From NCBI GenBank assembly GCA_025603075.1, contig MU626293.1, positions 76,466 through 140,465 on the forward strand: a stretch of DNA of 64,000 bases, given 5' to 3'. A program made the position numbers and the translations under genes. This stretch comes from Neoconidiobolus thromboides FSU 785. Taxonomy: Eukaryota; Fungi; Entomophthoromycota. Of this stretch, positions 1 to 12,129 are shown one piece after another (position 1 is the stretch's first letter; the number at the start of each line of letters is the position of its first letter). A model generated the notes under the pieces. It ran no database searches, was not told the DNA's origin, and saw only the letters and a program-made list of their open reading frames with translations.

Positions 1-360
1 AATTGATCAAATTGTTAACAATGAGTTATTTTATAATACTACTACCAATTATAGTCAAATTTTATTTCAATTTGAAACTATTATTAAAGTTATTAATCAA
101 TTATTATCTCAATCTACTACTGAATATTTTTCAAATCAATCGTAAGTTTATTAATTATTAATTATTATTTACTATAATTATTATATATTAATTACATTTT
201 AAATAGAGTTCCTAATGTATTAGATGCTTTAATATTTTCTTATTTTCATATAATATTACAAGTATTTCCAAAATCTCATTTATTAAAGAAAATATTATTA
301 GAGCATACTAGTCTAGTAGATTATACTAAATTGATCTTTAATCTTTATTTTAAAAAATAA
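1..360 (+). CDS. 3' end of a metaxin/Sam37-Sam35-like (GST-C fold) protein, 5' partial
   Basis: Open frame from base 2, GT-AG intron 142-206, spliced product ...INQLLSQSTTEYFSNQSVPNVLDALIFSYFHIILQVFPKSHLLKKILLEHTSLVDYTKLIFNLYFKK*. It resembles the metaxin C-terminal motif P-S-x-L-D-A-L-V-F-S-Y. Recognised from memory. Confidence 0.6.
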
Positions 361-378
361 AATAAACAATATAAATTT

Positions 379-2277
379 TCAATAATCAAACATTCTCCTT
401 TCATCTTGTACATAATATCTCGAACTTGTTAATTCTCCTTCTTCATTTATAGTTGTCTATTTAATTAGATTGTATTAGTATTTATAATCAGATTATATAC
501 TATATTATTATTATATTTTATTACCTCTTTATTATTATAAAGTTTAATATCATTTAATAAATCTAAATTTAAATGATGATTTAAATCTAAAGCCATCAAG
601 TTTAATTGATTTAATTCATCAAAAGAATTATTTAATAAATCCCAGAAATTAAATACAGTAGCAGCAACTTGATCAAATTGAATATCTCCAGTGATTACAT
701 TAGCAGTATCATCAATTTTATAATCAGTTATTTTACATTCTAATTTGTTTTGAAAGATCTATAGGTACAATGATATTAATTTATTAAAACTATTATAATA
801 TTAGTTACCAAATTTAAAAATAAATGTTCAACTGGGGTTTGATTGTAGTCATAAAATGAATAAACCATAGTTGATAGTTGATCGAAATCAGCATAGCAAT
901 AAATTTTAGCTAAATTTAATAAATGTTTCTTTTTTATACAAATTAATATAACTTCACATAAGTCTTTAACATTATCCTAATATAATAGAAAGTATATATT
1001 AATAATAATATTATATTACTTTATATAATATTTTTACCCTAATTAAAGATTCGTTATTAATATCTAACCAAATAGATAGACCAGCAACATCTTGACATTT
1101 AATTAAATTTCTCAAATATTCATATTCTTTAAGTTGACCATGTCTTGATTTCAAATATGTTTTGATTGCTTCTGATTTAACTGGAGGTATCTATATTTTT
1201 ATTAATAGGTTTATCAACATAATACTGTTAAACTTACTTTCTCTCCTTGAAATAGCAATTGTAATACTATATATATTTTAACTCCAAGGGTAATGTATTC
1301 ATTATTTTTATTCATTTTGGCATATTTTTCAGGTAAAATTAATAACTAATTGATACAATAATTGTTAAACATTATTATAAGTATTATTAAACACGAATTT
1401 AAAATTTACTTTCTGAACAGCTTCAAATGCTTTAAAATACTTTCCATTTCGAATTAATATTAAACTTGAATAATAATAATATTTCATATAATCTCGAATT
1501 TTAAAGGTACTATCCTATATTATATTAATGTTATATTATATTATATTTTATATATATTATTATTATTACTACCTCAATTCCATTACTATTAATTAATAAA
1601 TTACAAATTGGTAATGTTAAATGATCCATTTTTTCTTCGTAAAATAACTAGTAATAATATTATTATTATTATAAATTACAATAATTTGAATTAACTTACT
1701 TTAAGTGTTTTTGGATGATATACAGTTAAATTAAATTTCATTGGTACCCTTTTTAATATTTCTAACAATATTTTACCAACAAATAATTTCTATATAATAA
1801 ATACAATTTTAATTAAAATAATAGAAACTTACTTTAACTTTCAAATGTTTTAATGTAGTTAAATCCGATACCAATTTACAAAATAATAATACTAAATTAA
1901 TTTTAATGTTATTTAATTTTATCATAAATCATTCTTAATTTATTTACCATTTTCTTCATTAATAACTACATTCTCATTATTTTTAATCTTTTTACTCATA
2001 GTATAAATATATTTTAAAAATGGTTCATAATTAATTTCATCTTTTTCTTTATACAAATAGTTCAAATATTTATTACTATATCAATCTATTAGCCATCTTG
2101 TTGTTTACTAATAGTAAAAATAACTATTTACCAAATTTCCAAAATTAAATTAATCTCTGAATCAATATTAAATGTAGATAATAGACATTGATTATCATCA
2201 TTGATTTCCTTTATGCTAGTGATATTTAATTGACGAAATAAAACTTCGATTTCCTTGTTTGAATTATTATCTTCCAT
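379..2277 (-). CDS. Multi-exon PCI-domain-like protein, possibly a divergent COP9 signalosome subunit 3
   Basis: About 9-10 exons with gtaagt/gtaata...ag introns, from MEDNNSNKEIEVLF to ...DERRMFDY*. Segments DYMKYYYSSLILIRNGKYFKAFE and KKHLLNLAKIYCYADFDQLSTMV resemble CSN3. Coding status is well supported; identity is tentative. Confidence 0.45.
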
Positions 2278-3006
2278 TTTTATTTTTATTCCTTCTGTTT
2301 AGATAAATTGATAAAAAAATTCCAACTCTTAGTTTTGGATGAGGTAAGCTATATTTTTTAATTGTTTAAACTTAGGTTCTTTTTGTTCAATCCAGTTGAA
2401 GAAAAATTCTTCGAGTCTTAAACTGACTTAGCAGCTTGGAAAAAATTGGCTATTTTAAAATCATTAAAAAATAGGGAGGAACTTTGTAATAAAAATTTAT
2501 GTCATGAGGAAAAAGATACCTGAAATTTACAATTAAATAGCATTATACTGTTATAGAACAGCTTTGAACCAATGATTAGTTTATTATATACTTCAGTAAC
2601 AAACCATTTATTATGTCTTTTAGTTTTGATTCGTGATTGAAGATGTCACTAAGAAATTTCGACTCATAATGTTCCATTGCTTTTAATTCAATTTAAACAT
2701 GGATTGGGCATTTTAAAATTGATATTTATTCAATATAAAAATTGAAAAAGTGTTTACAATTAAATCCTAAAAATACGAAACTGAAAGATCTAATCTTTGT
2801 TTAAATCGAATTGATAATCGAAATCAATTAGCTAGAAATTCTCTACATCAATTTTTATTAATAAAATTTCCAATAATAAATTTAATTGATTTTTTATTCT
2901 GGGGTATTAAATCAATTAAATTAATCCAATTTCAGATTCCAATATCCTTAACTCTTTTAAACTTTTATTGTATAATTGAATTTAAAACAAATAAACTATT
3001 ATAAAT

Positions 3007-3690
3007 ATGATGCAAAGTAAACTTAACAGAATCTTTAATTACAATTCAAATTTACTAATTTATTATTCCCTTTATAACTAGCAAACGATATATTACTTTT
3101 TAATCAATTTTTAATTGAATCACCACTTCAATGGATATTAGCCATCATATCAACTTGCGTTATCTGTATAATTGAAAGAAGCTTGAATTATCAAACAGAA
3201 TTATTAAGTCAAAAGTAAGCTCAACTGTCCTACTAATATTATAATAGAATGCTTACCATAAATATTATTTTTTAGTTTAAGTGGAGATAAGTTATCAATT
3301 CTAAAGAAGAATGGATTATTTTTACTTGCTTTAACATTAAGATATTCCATTATGTTAATCATTATGAGTTATTCTATATTATTATTTATTTCAGTGGTAA
3401 GTTTTTATTTTCTGTATTATTATTAATTTAAACCCCAATCTCTTGTTCTAGGTATTATCTATGTGTATTACTCAATCCGTTATTGACTATTTAAAATTAA
3501 GGTAAGTTTCTAATTATAATCATAATCAAAATTTATAAATGTTAATTTTACTATTTTATATAGAAATAATAATAATACAAAAGATAGTAATTATCAAATC
3601 TTATCTGGACGAACTAACTTTACATATCCAACTACACCAACTACCTTATTTAGTCCTGATACACCAGGGAATAATTATTCACGAAGTTGA
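3007..3690 (+). CDS. Ctr-family copper transporter (multi-exon)
   Basis: Spliced product includes TILLFNQFLIESPLQWILAIISTCVICIIERSL and LFLLALTLRYSIMLIIMSYSILLFISVVLSM. The MxxxM motif (MLIIM) lies in the second TM helix, as in Ctr proteins. The start exon is uncertain. Confidence 0.7.
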
Positions 3691-3789
3691 TCAAACAAAT
3701 AAAAATATGTATAAAAAAATATAATATCAACAATTGACTTTCAATTAATATAAATCCATAATAAATCTTTTATTCTTTATTATTTTTGT

Positions 3790-5190
3790 TTATTTTTGTT
3801 GTTCACCATTATTAAACATGGTGCGATTCATTCCTTCCCAAACCGTCAATTTATTTTTGGCCATTTCTTCTTTATGCTGTTTCATTTCTGCTTCTACTTC
3901 TTTTTTCATGGCTTCTAATCGTTTAAAAAATTCCTTATCAAAATTTTTTTCAAAGTCCACTCTTCTTAACATCATAGGAGTCAAGGGCAAATTTTCACTT
4001 TCCATACCAATCCAATATCTTAACCCACCTTTTTGTTTTTCTTTTAATTCCATTCGCTGCTTTAATTCCATTTCATACAATACTTTGGGTATGTCTTTAT
4101 TCATATACTTATTTAATACCACTCGAACATCTTTTGGATTTGTCATAGCTAGTGTTTCTAAAAAGGGTAAGATATCTAACAAATAGGTATCGTTTGGATT
4201 GCCATCCCATGCTGGTACTTTTAATAAATTATCTGGATGTAAAGTACAATGATCTGGATAGGAATCAAATACAATTACTTTGTTTAAATCTCTACCTAAC
4301 AAATCTAAATCTTTAACTATTTTACCCTTAATTAAACTAGTATGCTCTTTTGTTAATCGATATCTTAATAATAATCCATAAGGATCAATTTTAGATAATA
4401 CTGTTTCGCTATTAAATGAACTCATTTGAGTAAATATAACTACTTCAAATAAACTATTCATTATACCAATAAATCGATCAAACCCTGGTCTTTTTAATGC
4501 TACAAAGCCTCTTTCTTTATCCCATGTAATTTTAATTAATGTTTCATCTAATTCTAAACAAATAGTCATTGGATCAGGTTCATTAGGATCTTGAGAGATT
4601 GGAGGTAATAATATAGTGTGTTTTGGTTTTAAAAAAAAATCTTTAATACTTAACATACGGTTATAGCCACGAGTTGAAAATGAATCTTCTTTAGTATAAT
4701 TTTTATATTTCTCTAATTCTTCTTGCGTATATTCGGAAAATAAATTATCTCCAATATAATAACTAATACCTAATAAACAGAGAGTGAAAATTACATTAGA
4801 GGCGATATTTCTTTCCTTTTTTTCTTCAGTTAATTTGGACTTCTCTCGATATGTTTTGATACTTCCAGTTTCTAATTCTTCATTTTGTTGTAATATATCG
4901 GCTAAATTACTTTTTCCACTTTTTGGAGTTCCATCCGATGTTTTACTCTCATTTTCTTCTGTATTTAAAAATCGACTGGTGCTATCAAAATTTAGAGATG
5001 GTGGTTTAAATCCCGTTTCCACTGGTTTTTCTTCATTGGAATGAACATCCTTTTCGCCATCTTTATTATCCTTATTTGAATCCTTTTCAATAAATAAAGG
5101 TTGATGAAAAGAATGAAAACTTCGAGTGATGTTAGTCTTTAAAAACAAATTCTTTTGATGTCTAATACTATTCAATAAAAGTCGGTTCAT
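3790..5190 (-). CDS. TIM50: Mitochondrial import inner membrane translocase subunit Tim50
   Basis: 466-aa single exon with a basic presequence-like N-terminus, one TM (VIFTLCLLGISYYIG), and a NIF/FCP1-like domain (LELDETL, KRPG, VKDLDLLGRDLNKVI) followed by a coiled tail. Confidence 0.92.
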   Translation of the reverse strand: MNRLLLNSIRHQKNLFLKTNITRSFHSFHQPLFIEKDSNKDNKDGEKDVHSNEEKPVETGFKPPSLNFDSTSRFLNTEENESKTSDGTPKSGKSNLADILQQNEELETGSIKTYREKSKLTEEKKERNIASNVIFTLCLLGISYYIGDNLFSEYTQEELEKYKNYTKEDSFSTRGYNRMLSIKDFFLKPKHTILLPPISQDPNEPDPMTICLELDETLIKITWDKERGFVALKRPGFDRFIGIMNSLFEVVIFTQMSSFNSETVLSKIDPYGLLLRYRLTKEHTSLIKGKIVKDLDLLGRDLNKVIVFDSYPDHCTLHPDNLLKVPAWDGNPNDTYLLDILPFLETLAMTNPKDVRVVLNKYMNKDIPKVLYEMELKQRMELKEKQKGGLRYWIGMESENLPLTPMMLRRVDFEKNFDKEFFKRLEAMKKEVEAEMKQHKEEMAKNKLTVWEGMNRTMFNNGEQQK

Positions 5191-5713
5191 TTTACTTTGA
5201 AGGAATAAAGCAAAGTTGACTTGATTTTAGTTTGTCTATCTGATTTTTGGACACTTATTCCTTTTCATATTTTTTATGGGATTTTTGGATTGATTTTCCT
5301 GTTTTTATGAGGTCATGAAAAGCTTAAAACTTTGATTTTTACTATAATTGTCTAGATGTTTCCATTGTAGCAGTGGAAGTAAGTTTCATTGATTGATAAC
5401 AATTAAATAGTTTCTATTTACCCCTTATTTGTATTATAATCAATTAGATTATACAACATATTATTATAGTAGATTATCCTCTTTATAACAATAAAAAAAG
5501 CTTATACTAAATACTACATAGTAAAAATGCTAAATAACAGCCTATACTAAAGCACACCAATATAGATTCCAATAATTTTTGAGAATTTCTTCAGCCAATA
5601 AGAGAATGAATGGATTTCAGTAGAAATGGGGTTTAAAGTAAAATTATCGAAATTTGAATTCAAATTTAATCGATTTTTATTATTTAATTAGAGAGATATA
5701 ATTTATATAAAAA
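5191..5713. promoter_or_regulatory. Putative bidirectional promoter between divergent TIM50 and TIM17
   Basis: 523-bp non-coding gap between two head-to-head start codons. Promoter function is inferred from position only. Confidence 0.5.
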
Positions 5714-6579
5714 ATGGTTAGAAATGCGGATCCTACTAGATATCCATGGTAATTTATTAGTTTAAGCTTAATTTAAGCTATATTAAAAGGAGATAAAGAC
5801 GAGAATGAATCAAAAAAAAGGTCAAATTAATCTATATTTATTATTTTATAGCCCATGGGTCATCCTATCCGATCTTGGAGGTGGTTTTGCTATTGGTGCC
5901 AGTTTAGGCTCCGTATGGAATTTTTTTAAAGGAGCAAAGAATTCTCCATCTGTAAGTGTCGATAATATTATACAAAAATAATAACGCCGATAGTAATATC
6001 AATAATAATCCGTCTTATTTTATTTTCAACAGCAATTAAAAACAATTATCAGTATACTGATCACAATTTTTCATAGGGATCAAGAATGATTGGTGCTATC
6101 TCAGCAGTTAAAGCACGTACTCCAGTTACTTCAGGTATAAAATAATCAAGATAAAAAAATAATAACTTACATTGAAATAATATAGGTAATTTTGCAGTTT
6201 GGGGTGGATTATTCAGTACGTATGAATGTATATTATATGAAATAAGACATAAACATGATGCTTGGAATAGTATATTATCAGGAGCTTTGACTGGTAGTTC
6301 TTTGGCTGTTAGAAGTAAGTAGTATTCTATATCTAAATATATTTATAAGATAGGAAAAAAAATAGAACAAGAGTGATAAAAATAAGAATAATAGTAAAAT
6401 TAAGAATATAATATTCACTAATTGATTTTAATTCTCTAGCTGGTCCAGGTAGAATGGCGTTTGCAGGTGTATTTGGTGGTGTGTTTTTAGCAGTTATTGA
6501 AGGTTTAGGCGTCGTACTTGAAAAAGTTATGCAAGAACCTCCACCAGCTATGCAAGTTCCACCACCAACTCAAAATTAA
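5714..6579 (+). CDS. TIM17: Mitochondrial import inner membrane translocase subunit Tim17 (5 exons)
   Basis: Spliced: [27 protein letters not shown]...KGAKNSPSG...[24 protein letters not shown]...[13 protein letters not shown]...TQN*. Hallmark PCP and [12 protein letters not shown] motifs. This gene is not in the ORF track. Confidence 0.93.
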
Positions 6580-6805
6580 TTAAGAGTTTGATTTTATAGA
6601 TAATAAAATGACCAAGTTTAAATTATATTGTTTAGATAATATATATGTTAGATAAATTAAGCAGTTTTTTTTTGAAAAAGAATAGATATTCGAGGTAAGT
6701 TTTGTGGTAAGATTATTTTTTTAAATACTGAAAGAAAAAAGGTAAATAAAATCACAAAGCTTTATGAATAAAATTTAATTTATTACTTTTATCTAATAAA
6801 TAATC

Positions 6806-8661
6806 TTATAAAAATAAAGACAAAATTGAAAGAATGAATAAAGTTCCCGTTAATATAGTAAATAAATAAATAATGGATTTATATAGCTGAAAATAAAAGG
6901 GTGTTAATTTCTCAGTATCTATATCTCTATTCTCTTCTATATTACCATTGTCATTTCTATAATTATGTTCCTCATTATTATTTATATCTTCATTGATACT
7001 ATCATCTTCTATACTGGTGTTGTTGTTATTTACACTATTTAATCTATTTTTCTTATCAAAATACGATTCCATTAATTTTAAATTAGTTAATAAAAACAAA
7101 TCTCCATCACACGAATAAATCGGTAATATATTAAAAAAGGCTAATGCTAAATTAAATGACATTAGATACAATAAAAAGTTATTAATTGTTTCTGGTAATA
7201 AATAACTTAATATAACGAAATTAGGATTTAAATCCGTTAATTGGACTATATCAAAATAATAAAAATAATAAATTTAGTTATAATATATTATTAATTTAAA
7301 TATTGAACTTACTATAATAATCTAAATGTTGAAAATCTCCATAATATAATACTAATTTATTATCATTATTTGTTATTGTTGTTATTTTATTATTATTATT
7401 ATTTCTATTAACATTTAGTCTAAACCAATGATACTTACTTCCTATTGGATAAGTATCAATTATACATTTCTTTTCTTTATTATTACATGGATTGTTTATA
7501 TTACATCGTTTAGATTCATTAAATACAATGAATGGTGACAAGCAATAAGAATTCTTTGTAAAAATTATTATTGCGATATTTCATTTAATTAAATAGATTA
7601 TTAAGCTTACCTTTTCTATTGAGTCTATTTGCTTAAAACAAGTCAAGTCGTTATTACTATTGTCATTATTATTACAACATGAAGTTATATTAACTATTAT
7701 TTGAATTAAGTATCATTTAATTATTATATAATATTATTATATTACCTGTATTTAATATACTACTATTAATACAAACTCCATCATAATTGTATAATTTATT
7801 GTTATCATTGTTGTTATTGTTCATAACTAAGTTATTCCAATCATTTAAATTGTTAATATTAACATCATTAACATTCAATAATCGATCTCCGATATTTAAA
7901 TGATTAATTAAAGGAGAATTAGTTTTAATATTTGAAATCAAAACAGTATTTAAATTCATTGAATATAAATTGAAAAACAATAACAACTTCGTTAATATTT
8001 GCCAATAATTGATCATATAAAGTATTATATAAAACAATAAGTTATTAATAATACCAGCAATAATAATCATCAATTTTTTCCCATTTTTTAACTTATTAAA
8101 TTGAAAATTATTGATTTCTACATAGGCTCCAGAGTATATATATTTAATTATTATGGCTATCCTTTCGATATTTATGTTGTTAATTTCACTTGCTATTGCA
8201 TGGCCCACTTCATGTATTACTCCACTTACTAAAAAACTAAATAAATAAATAACAACATCATTCGATGGTAAAGTAACACCAGGTATCTAAATAGTAATAG
8301 TAAATATTTATCAATTAATATAAACAATATTTTATTCAATAAAAGGACTTACTATTGGTTTAATAATAAACTGAGTTTGATTATTGCTATTATTATCTTC
8401 TTTATTATAGATAAAACTTCTTTTAATTAAATTATTATTATTTGATAGTGTTGACTCAATAGGGTTAAAATAATAATAAAAATAAATGATGAATTGAATA
8501 TAGGCATTAAAAAACAAATAAATAGAATAAATAAAAAACGGATAAGAAAAGTAAGTTCCTAACTTATATAGTATTGTCCATACTTTTTGATAATTTTTAC
8601 TCAACTTTTGAATTATTTGATTCCATATTGTTGTACTTAATACTATTTCAAAAAAATTCAA
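6806..8661 (-). CDS. Site-2 protease (M50 intramembrane metalloprotease, MBTPS2-like), multi-exon
   Basis: IPGVTLP followed by IHEVGHA (HExxH), a central Cys-rich/PDZ-like insert, and C-terminal NILPIYSCDG (NxxPxxxxDG). The ORFs at 8332-8661, 7717-8208, 7296-7541 and 6806-7171 are exons of this one gene. Confidence 0.85.
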
Positions 8662-9035
8662 TTCAATTATTATATATCTTTGGATTCTTTTTTTAATCTA
8701 TATATTCAACGAAAATAATTTATATAAATAGTCAATTATATGTTAATATTACCTTCAAAAACCAACGAAATTTAAAGCAATATTTTAATACATAAGCTAC
8801 AACCCAAAATAACCCAAATTTTAGTATTGTATTTTGCAATTCTAAGTTCATTATTTTTTATTAAAAGCTAATATTTGTTAATTTGATTTTTATTGCGTTT
8901 TGAGTATTTGATTGATTATATAAAAAACGAATTAAAATTTTCATTTGATACTTGTTCAAGAACTTTTTCAAAGCTTTGAGTTGCTTAATTTGAAGTCAAA
9001 AAATTTATACCACTAAAACAATTAACTTGAGACTG

Positions 9036-9160
9036 TATTTTTATGTTTAAGAATTTTACTAACAATTTTTTCACCCAAACAGAGTACTTTTTCCATCTTT
9101 TAAGTACTATTTGAGCGGAAAAATTGTTAGTAAAATTTTTAAACACAAAAATACATCCTC
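9036..9160. mobile_element. Two head-to-head truncated copies of the ~105-bp MITE-like element
   Basis: gtatttt..aagaattttactaacaattttt is followed by the inverted half ttttaagtactatttgagcggaaaaattgttagtaaaatttttaaacacaaaaatacatcc. Confidence 0.65.
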
Positions 9161-9698
9161 AGGTGTTTATGGGTAAGACAAAAATATCAGACAAAATAGT
9201 ATTTTTTTATAAGTTACTTAAACTAGGTAAAGTTCACATTAATATTATAATTACTTAATTCTTTTTTAAAATCTAAATTAGAAGTATTTATAATATAGTC
9301 ATCAGGTTTTAAATTATATTAAGTTTTGTGTTCTATAATCATACAAAAAGGATCGCAAAAAGTATTATTTGAACTGCTTTTATTGAGGTTATGAAACAAA
9401 TAAGCTGATTTTCCAATTCGACTTTATTTTAATTATTAAATAGAACAAGGTTTAATAACGTACTTTATAACATAAATTTACAACTTATTATACTGTTTGA
9501 GTTGTTGGTAATGATTCTAATTAATAATATCAATTGCTTTATATTGGATACTTTGAATAAAAATTCAAAGAAAAAATCATGGTAATACATTCAACTATTG
9601 TAATTTGCTATCTTTGAAGATATAAGACTTTTGAGAAAATCGATATGACCCTATCTAAAGTCAAAATGATTAAATACAAAATTTTCTAACGAGCGTTT

Positions 9699-10157
9699 TG
9701 TGAAATATCGCTGTCAGCCCCATAGTTAATTATAGCATAACAATCGCCTAAGGCGTCGTGTTCTCGATTATAGAGACAATTAGTCCCATGCTCTTATTCT
9801 GATTTACTAAGAGGATTTGTATCTTCGTTTCAAAGAATATTATCTTCTCATTTTGATATTTGTACTTACCGGAGTATAAAAGAGATTCTAAAACAGAATA
9901 GCTCGAGGCTTTCTAACTAAATTAATCCCTGATATCTTGTACATTTAATAAAGCCACTAAGTTTCCTTAATAGTATTTTATGTAGATTTTACATTAGTAT
10001 TGTCTATTCTATTTGTCTTATATAGTCTGTGGCCTATTACGTACTATTCATAATTCAAGTCTATCTTAGTCACATATACTAAGACTTTTCGACTTATAGT
10101 GTAGTTGACCAGGCAATAGCTGTTTTTGACTCAAATCACTGAGTACCAGATTTCACA
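9699..10157 (+). mobile_element. Solo LTR (family LTR-A, copy 1)
   Basis: Termini TGTGAAAT...ATTTCACA (TG..CA, 8-bp inverted), perfect 5-bp target-site duplication CGTTT, internal TATAAA (9875) and AATAAA (9947). Homologous to three other copies in the window. Confidence 0.85.
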
Positions 10158-10430
10158 CGTTTATGTTAAACTTAGGTAAAATCATATGGTTAGATTATTT
10201 TAAAAAACATTATTTACATGATAATGCAATATGCTATAATTGGAAATTATTGTTGACAATGTATAATGACTTAGTTTATATTGTTTTATAAGTCAAAAAC
10301 CGAAATTTATTAAATTTTTGAATTATATCATTTTTATTAAAAAGTAGAATATGTGTTGATACAATGATTCAATAGAAGCTGCATCAGATAAATTAGATAC
10401 AGTTTAAATTATTACTAAATTAATTGTTGT

Positions 10431-10952
10431 TTAAGATAGTAAACTTTTTATTGAAAAAGAGACTCTCCTTTTATGATATCTTATAGGTTCTTTTGAAGCA
10501 ATAATGGGTCGACATTCAAAATTATCCTTATCAACCATTCTGTAAATATCTTCTGGAGAATTTGTATATGAGTGTACTGTAGATGTTTCAATCTTTTGAT
10601 TTCTATTTGTAGTAACATCTATAGGATTTGGGTTGTATCGAGAAGCTTCGAGTGCATCATAGTTTTCAAATCTAAAATTTAAACTACTTTTTTCAATCGA
10701 GTTAAAGAGCTTCTTTTCTTTTGCTCGACGGTTTTGGAACCAGACTTGAACTTTTCTTGGGCTTAGATCAATGATGGTTGCAATTTCGTCTATAATTAGT
10801 TTATTGGGTCTTGAGTTTTTAAGGTAATAATTCTCCAAATAGTTAATATTTTCTAGTGCATGACGATGTTTATTTTCAGGGGTATATAACTTTATCTTGA
10901 TATCCTTTTTTTCTAATCTAAAATTCAACTTTTGAATGTGATGCATTTCCAA
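10431..10952 (-). CDS. Homeodomain transcription factor (173 aa, intronless)
   Basis: Helix 3 KVQVWFQNRRAKEKK (W48-F49-Q50-N51) with helix 1/2 pattern LENYY..NSRPNKLIIDEIATIIDLSP. Confidence 0.9.
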   Translation of the reverse strand: MEMHHIQKLNFRLEKKDIKIKLYTPENKHRHALENINYLENYYLKNSRPNKLIIDEIATIIDLSPRKVQVWFQNRRAKEKKLFNSIEKSSLNFRFENYDALEASRYNPNPIDVTTNRNQKIETSTVHSYTNSPEDIYRMVDKDNFECRPIIASKEPIRYHKRRVSFSIKSLLS

Positions 10953-11650
10953 TAAATGTTAAGTTTAGTATAGTGTTTGAAATTTTTAAAGTATTTATAC
11001 TTCTCAAAGCCCAAGCAAATAAAGAATTAATAAAACAAATCCTGTAATCAAGTGACCATATAATTCCTTATTATAGATAATATCTTTTTAGGGTCGAGTT
11101 AGGCTTATATATAGAACAATAATATAAACAAATAAAACATCTATTTAAAGGTTAAATAACTAAATAATTATAACTATAGAACAATCAAAAATTTGTTATT
11201 GGTTATTATATCAAACATCTTCTCTGATTGCCTTATTAATTAAAGCAAACAAAATTTAGGCAACTTTAAAATAACATAAATATTGTGGGTATTCCAATTT
11301 AAGCACTATCCCAAGCCACCAAAGAAAGGTACATATATGATACTATAAGATATAAAAAATAAATAGCTTTAAAAAAACAGACTAACAAGCAGTGTACTTT
11401 AAGTAATTGCCAAATTAATATTCTTGACGTTTAGAACTTTTATGTTCTACTTTAGTTTGGAGTCAATTCACTACTTTACCAAAAGTCTTTAAACTAGCCA
11501 CTAATGGCTTCAATCTACAACTTTATAACTTTTTTGAATCAACCATTACTAAAGACATCATGAAATATAATAGAGATGATAAATTTATCAAGTATTCTCT
11601 TTGTCAGTTAGTATGTTCTTGAAATTTAATATTTTTTAGTTAATAATAAG

Positions 11651-11750
11651 AAGGTGTTTTTTTTGACTTCATCACTTTTTCTATCTTTTAAACACTATTT
11701 GAGCGGAAAAATTGTTAGTAAAATTGTTAAATACAGAAACACATCTCCAT
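11651..11750. mobile_element. MITE-like element copy (degraded end)
   Basis: ggtgtttttttttgacttcatcac...ctatttgagcggaaaaattgttagtaaaa...acatctccat matches the family consensus. Confidence 0.7.
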
Positions 11751-12022
11751 GGGTTAAATTTAGTTAATCTAAAATAGGAAAAACTACTACTATTTTTTAT
11801 ATTCTCTATAAAATATGATATATGATAATACTAATTGCGTTATTTAGTTTATGGCCATATGTATATAAAAATATTCAATAAACTATAGTAGGTATAGAAA
11901 AAAAATGTTATATAAGGGTCACTCCTATAATTAACAGATAAAAGTAGATTCAGGTAATAAATTAAGAGAACTTAGAATTTATACATTTATTATTAAGTTA
12001 TAATATTAAATTAATACCAAGC

Positions 12023-12129
12023 ATATGGGAGTGTTTTTTTTGACTTCATTGTTTTTTCCACTTTTTAAGCGCTATTTAAGTAGAAAGATTATTAATAAAA
12101 TTCTTAAACACAAAAATACATCCCCATAT
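12023..12129. mobile_element. MITE-like element copy
   Basis: ATATGGGAGTG...ACATCCCCATAT terminal inverted repeats, family internal sequence. Confidence 0.8.

Noticed and set aside
3539-3724. 61-aa ORF
   Set aside because: It overlaps the last intron and exon of the Ctr gene in another frame.
3818-5044. ORFs 3818-4186 and 4784-5044, and likewise 16585, 19297, 32652, 34654, 37076, 40137, 45914, 47674, 51273, 58674 and 63363
   Set aside because: These are antisense or alternate-frame shadows of well-supported genes or a tRNA, with no independent motifs.
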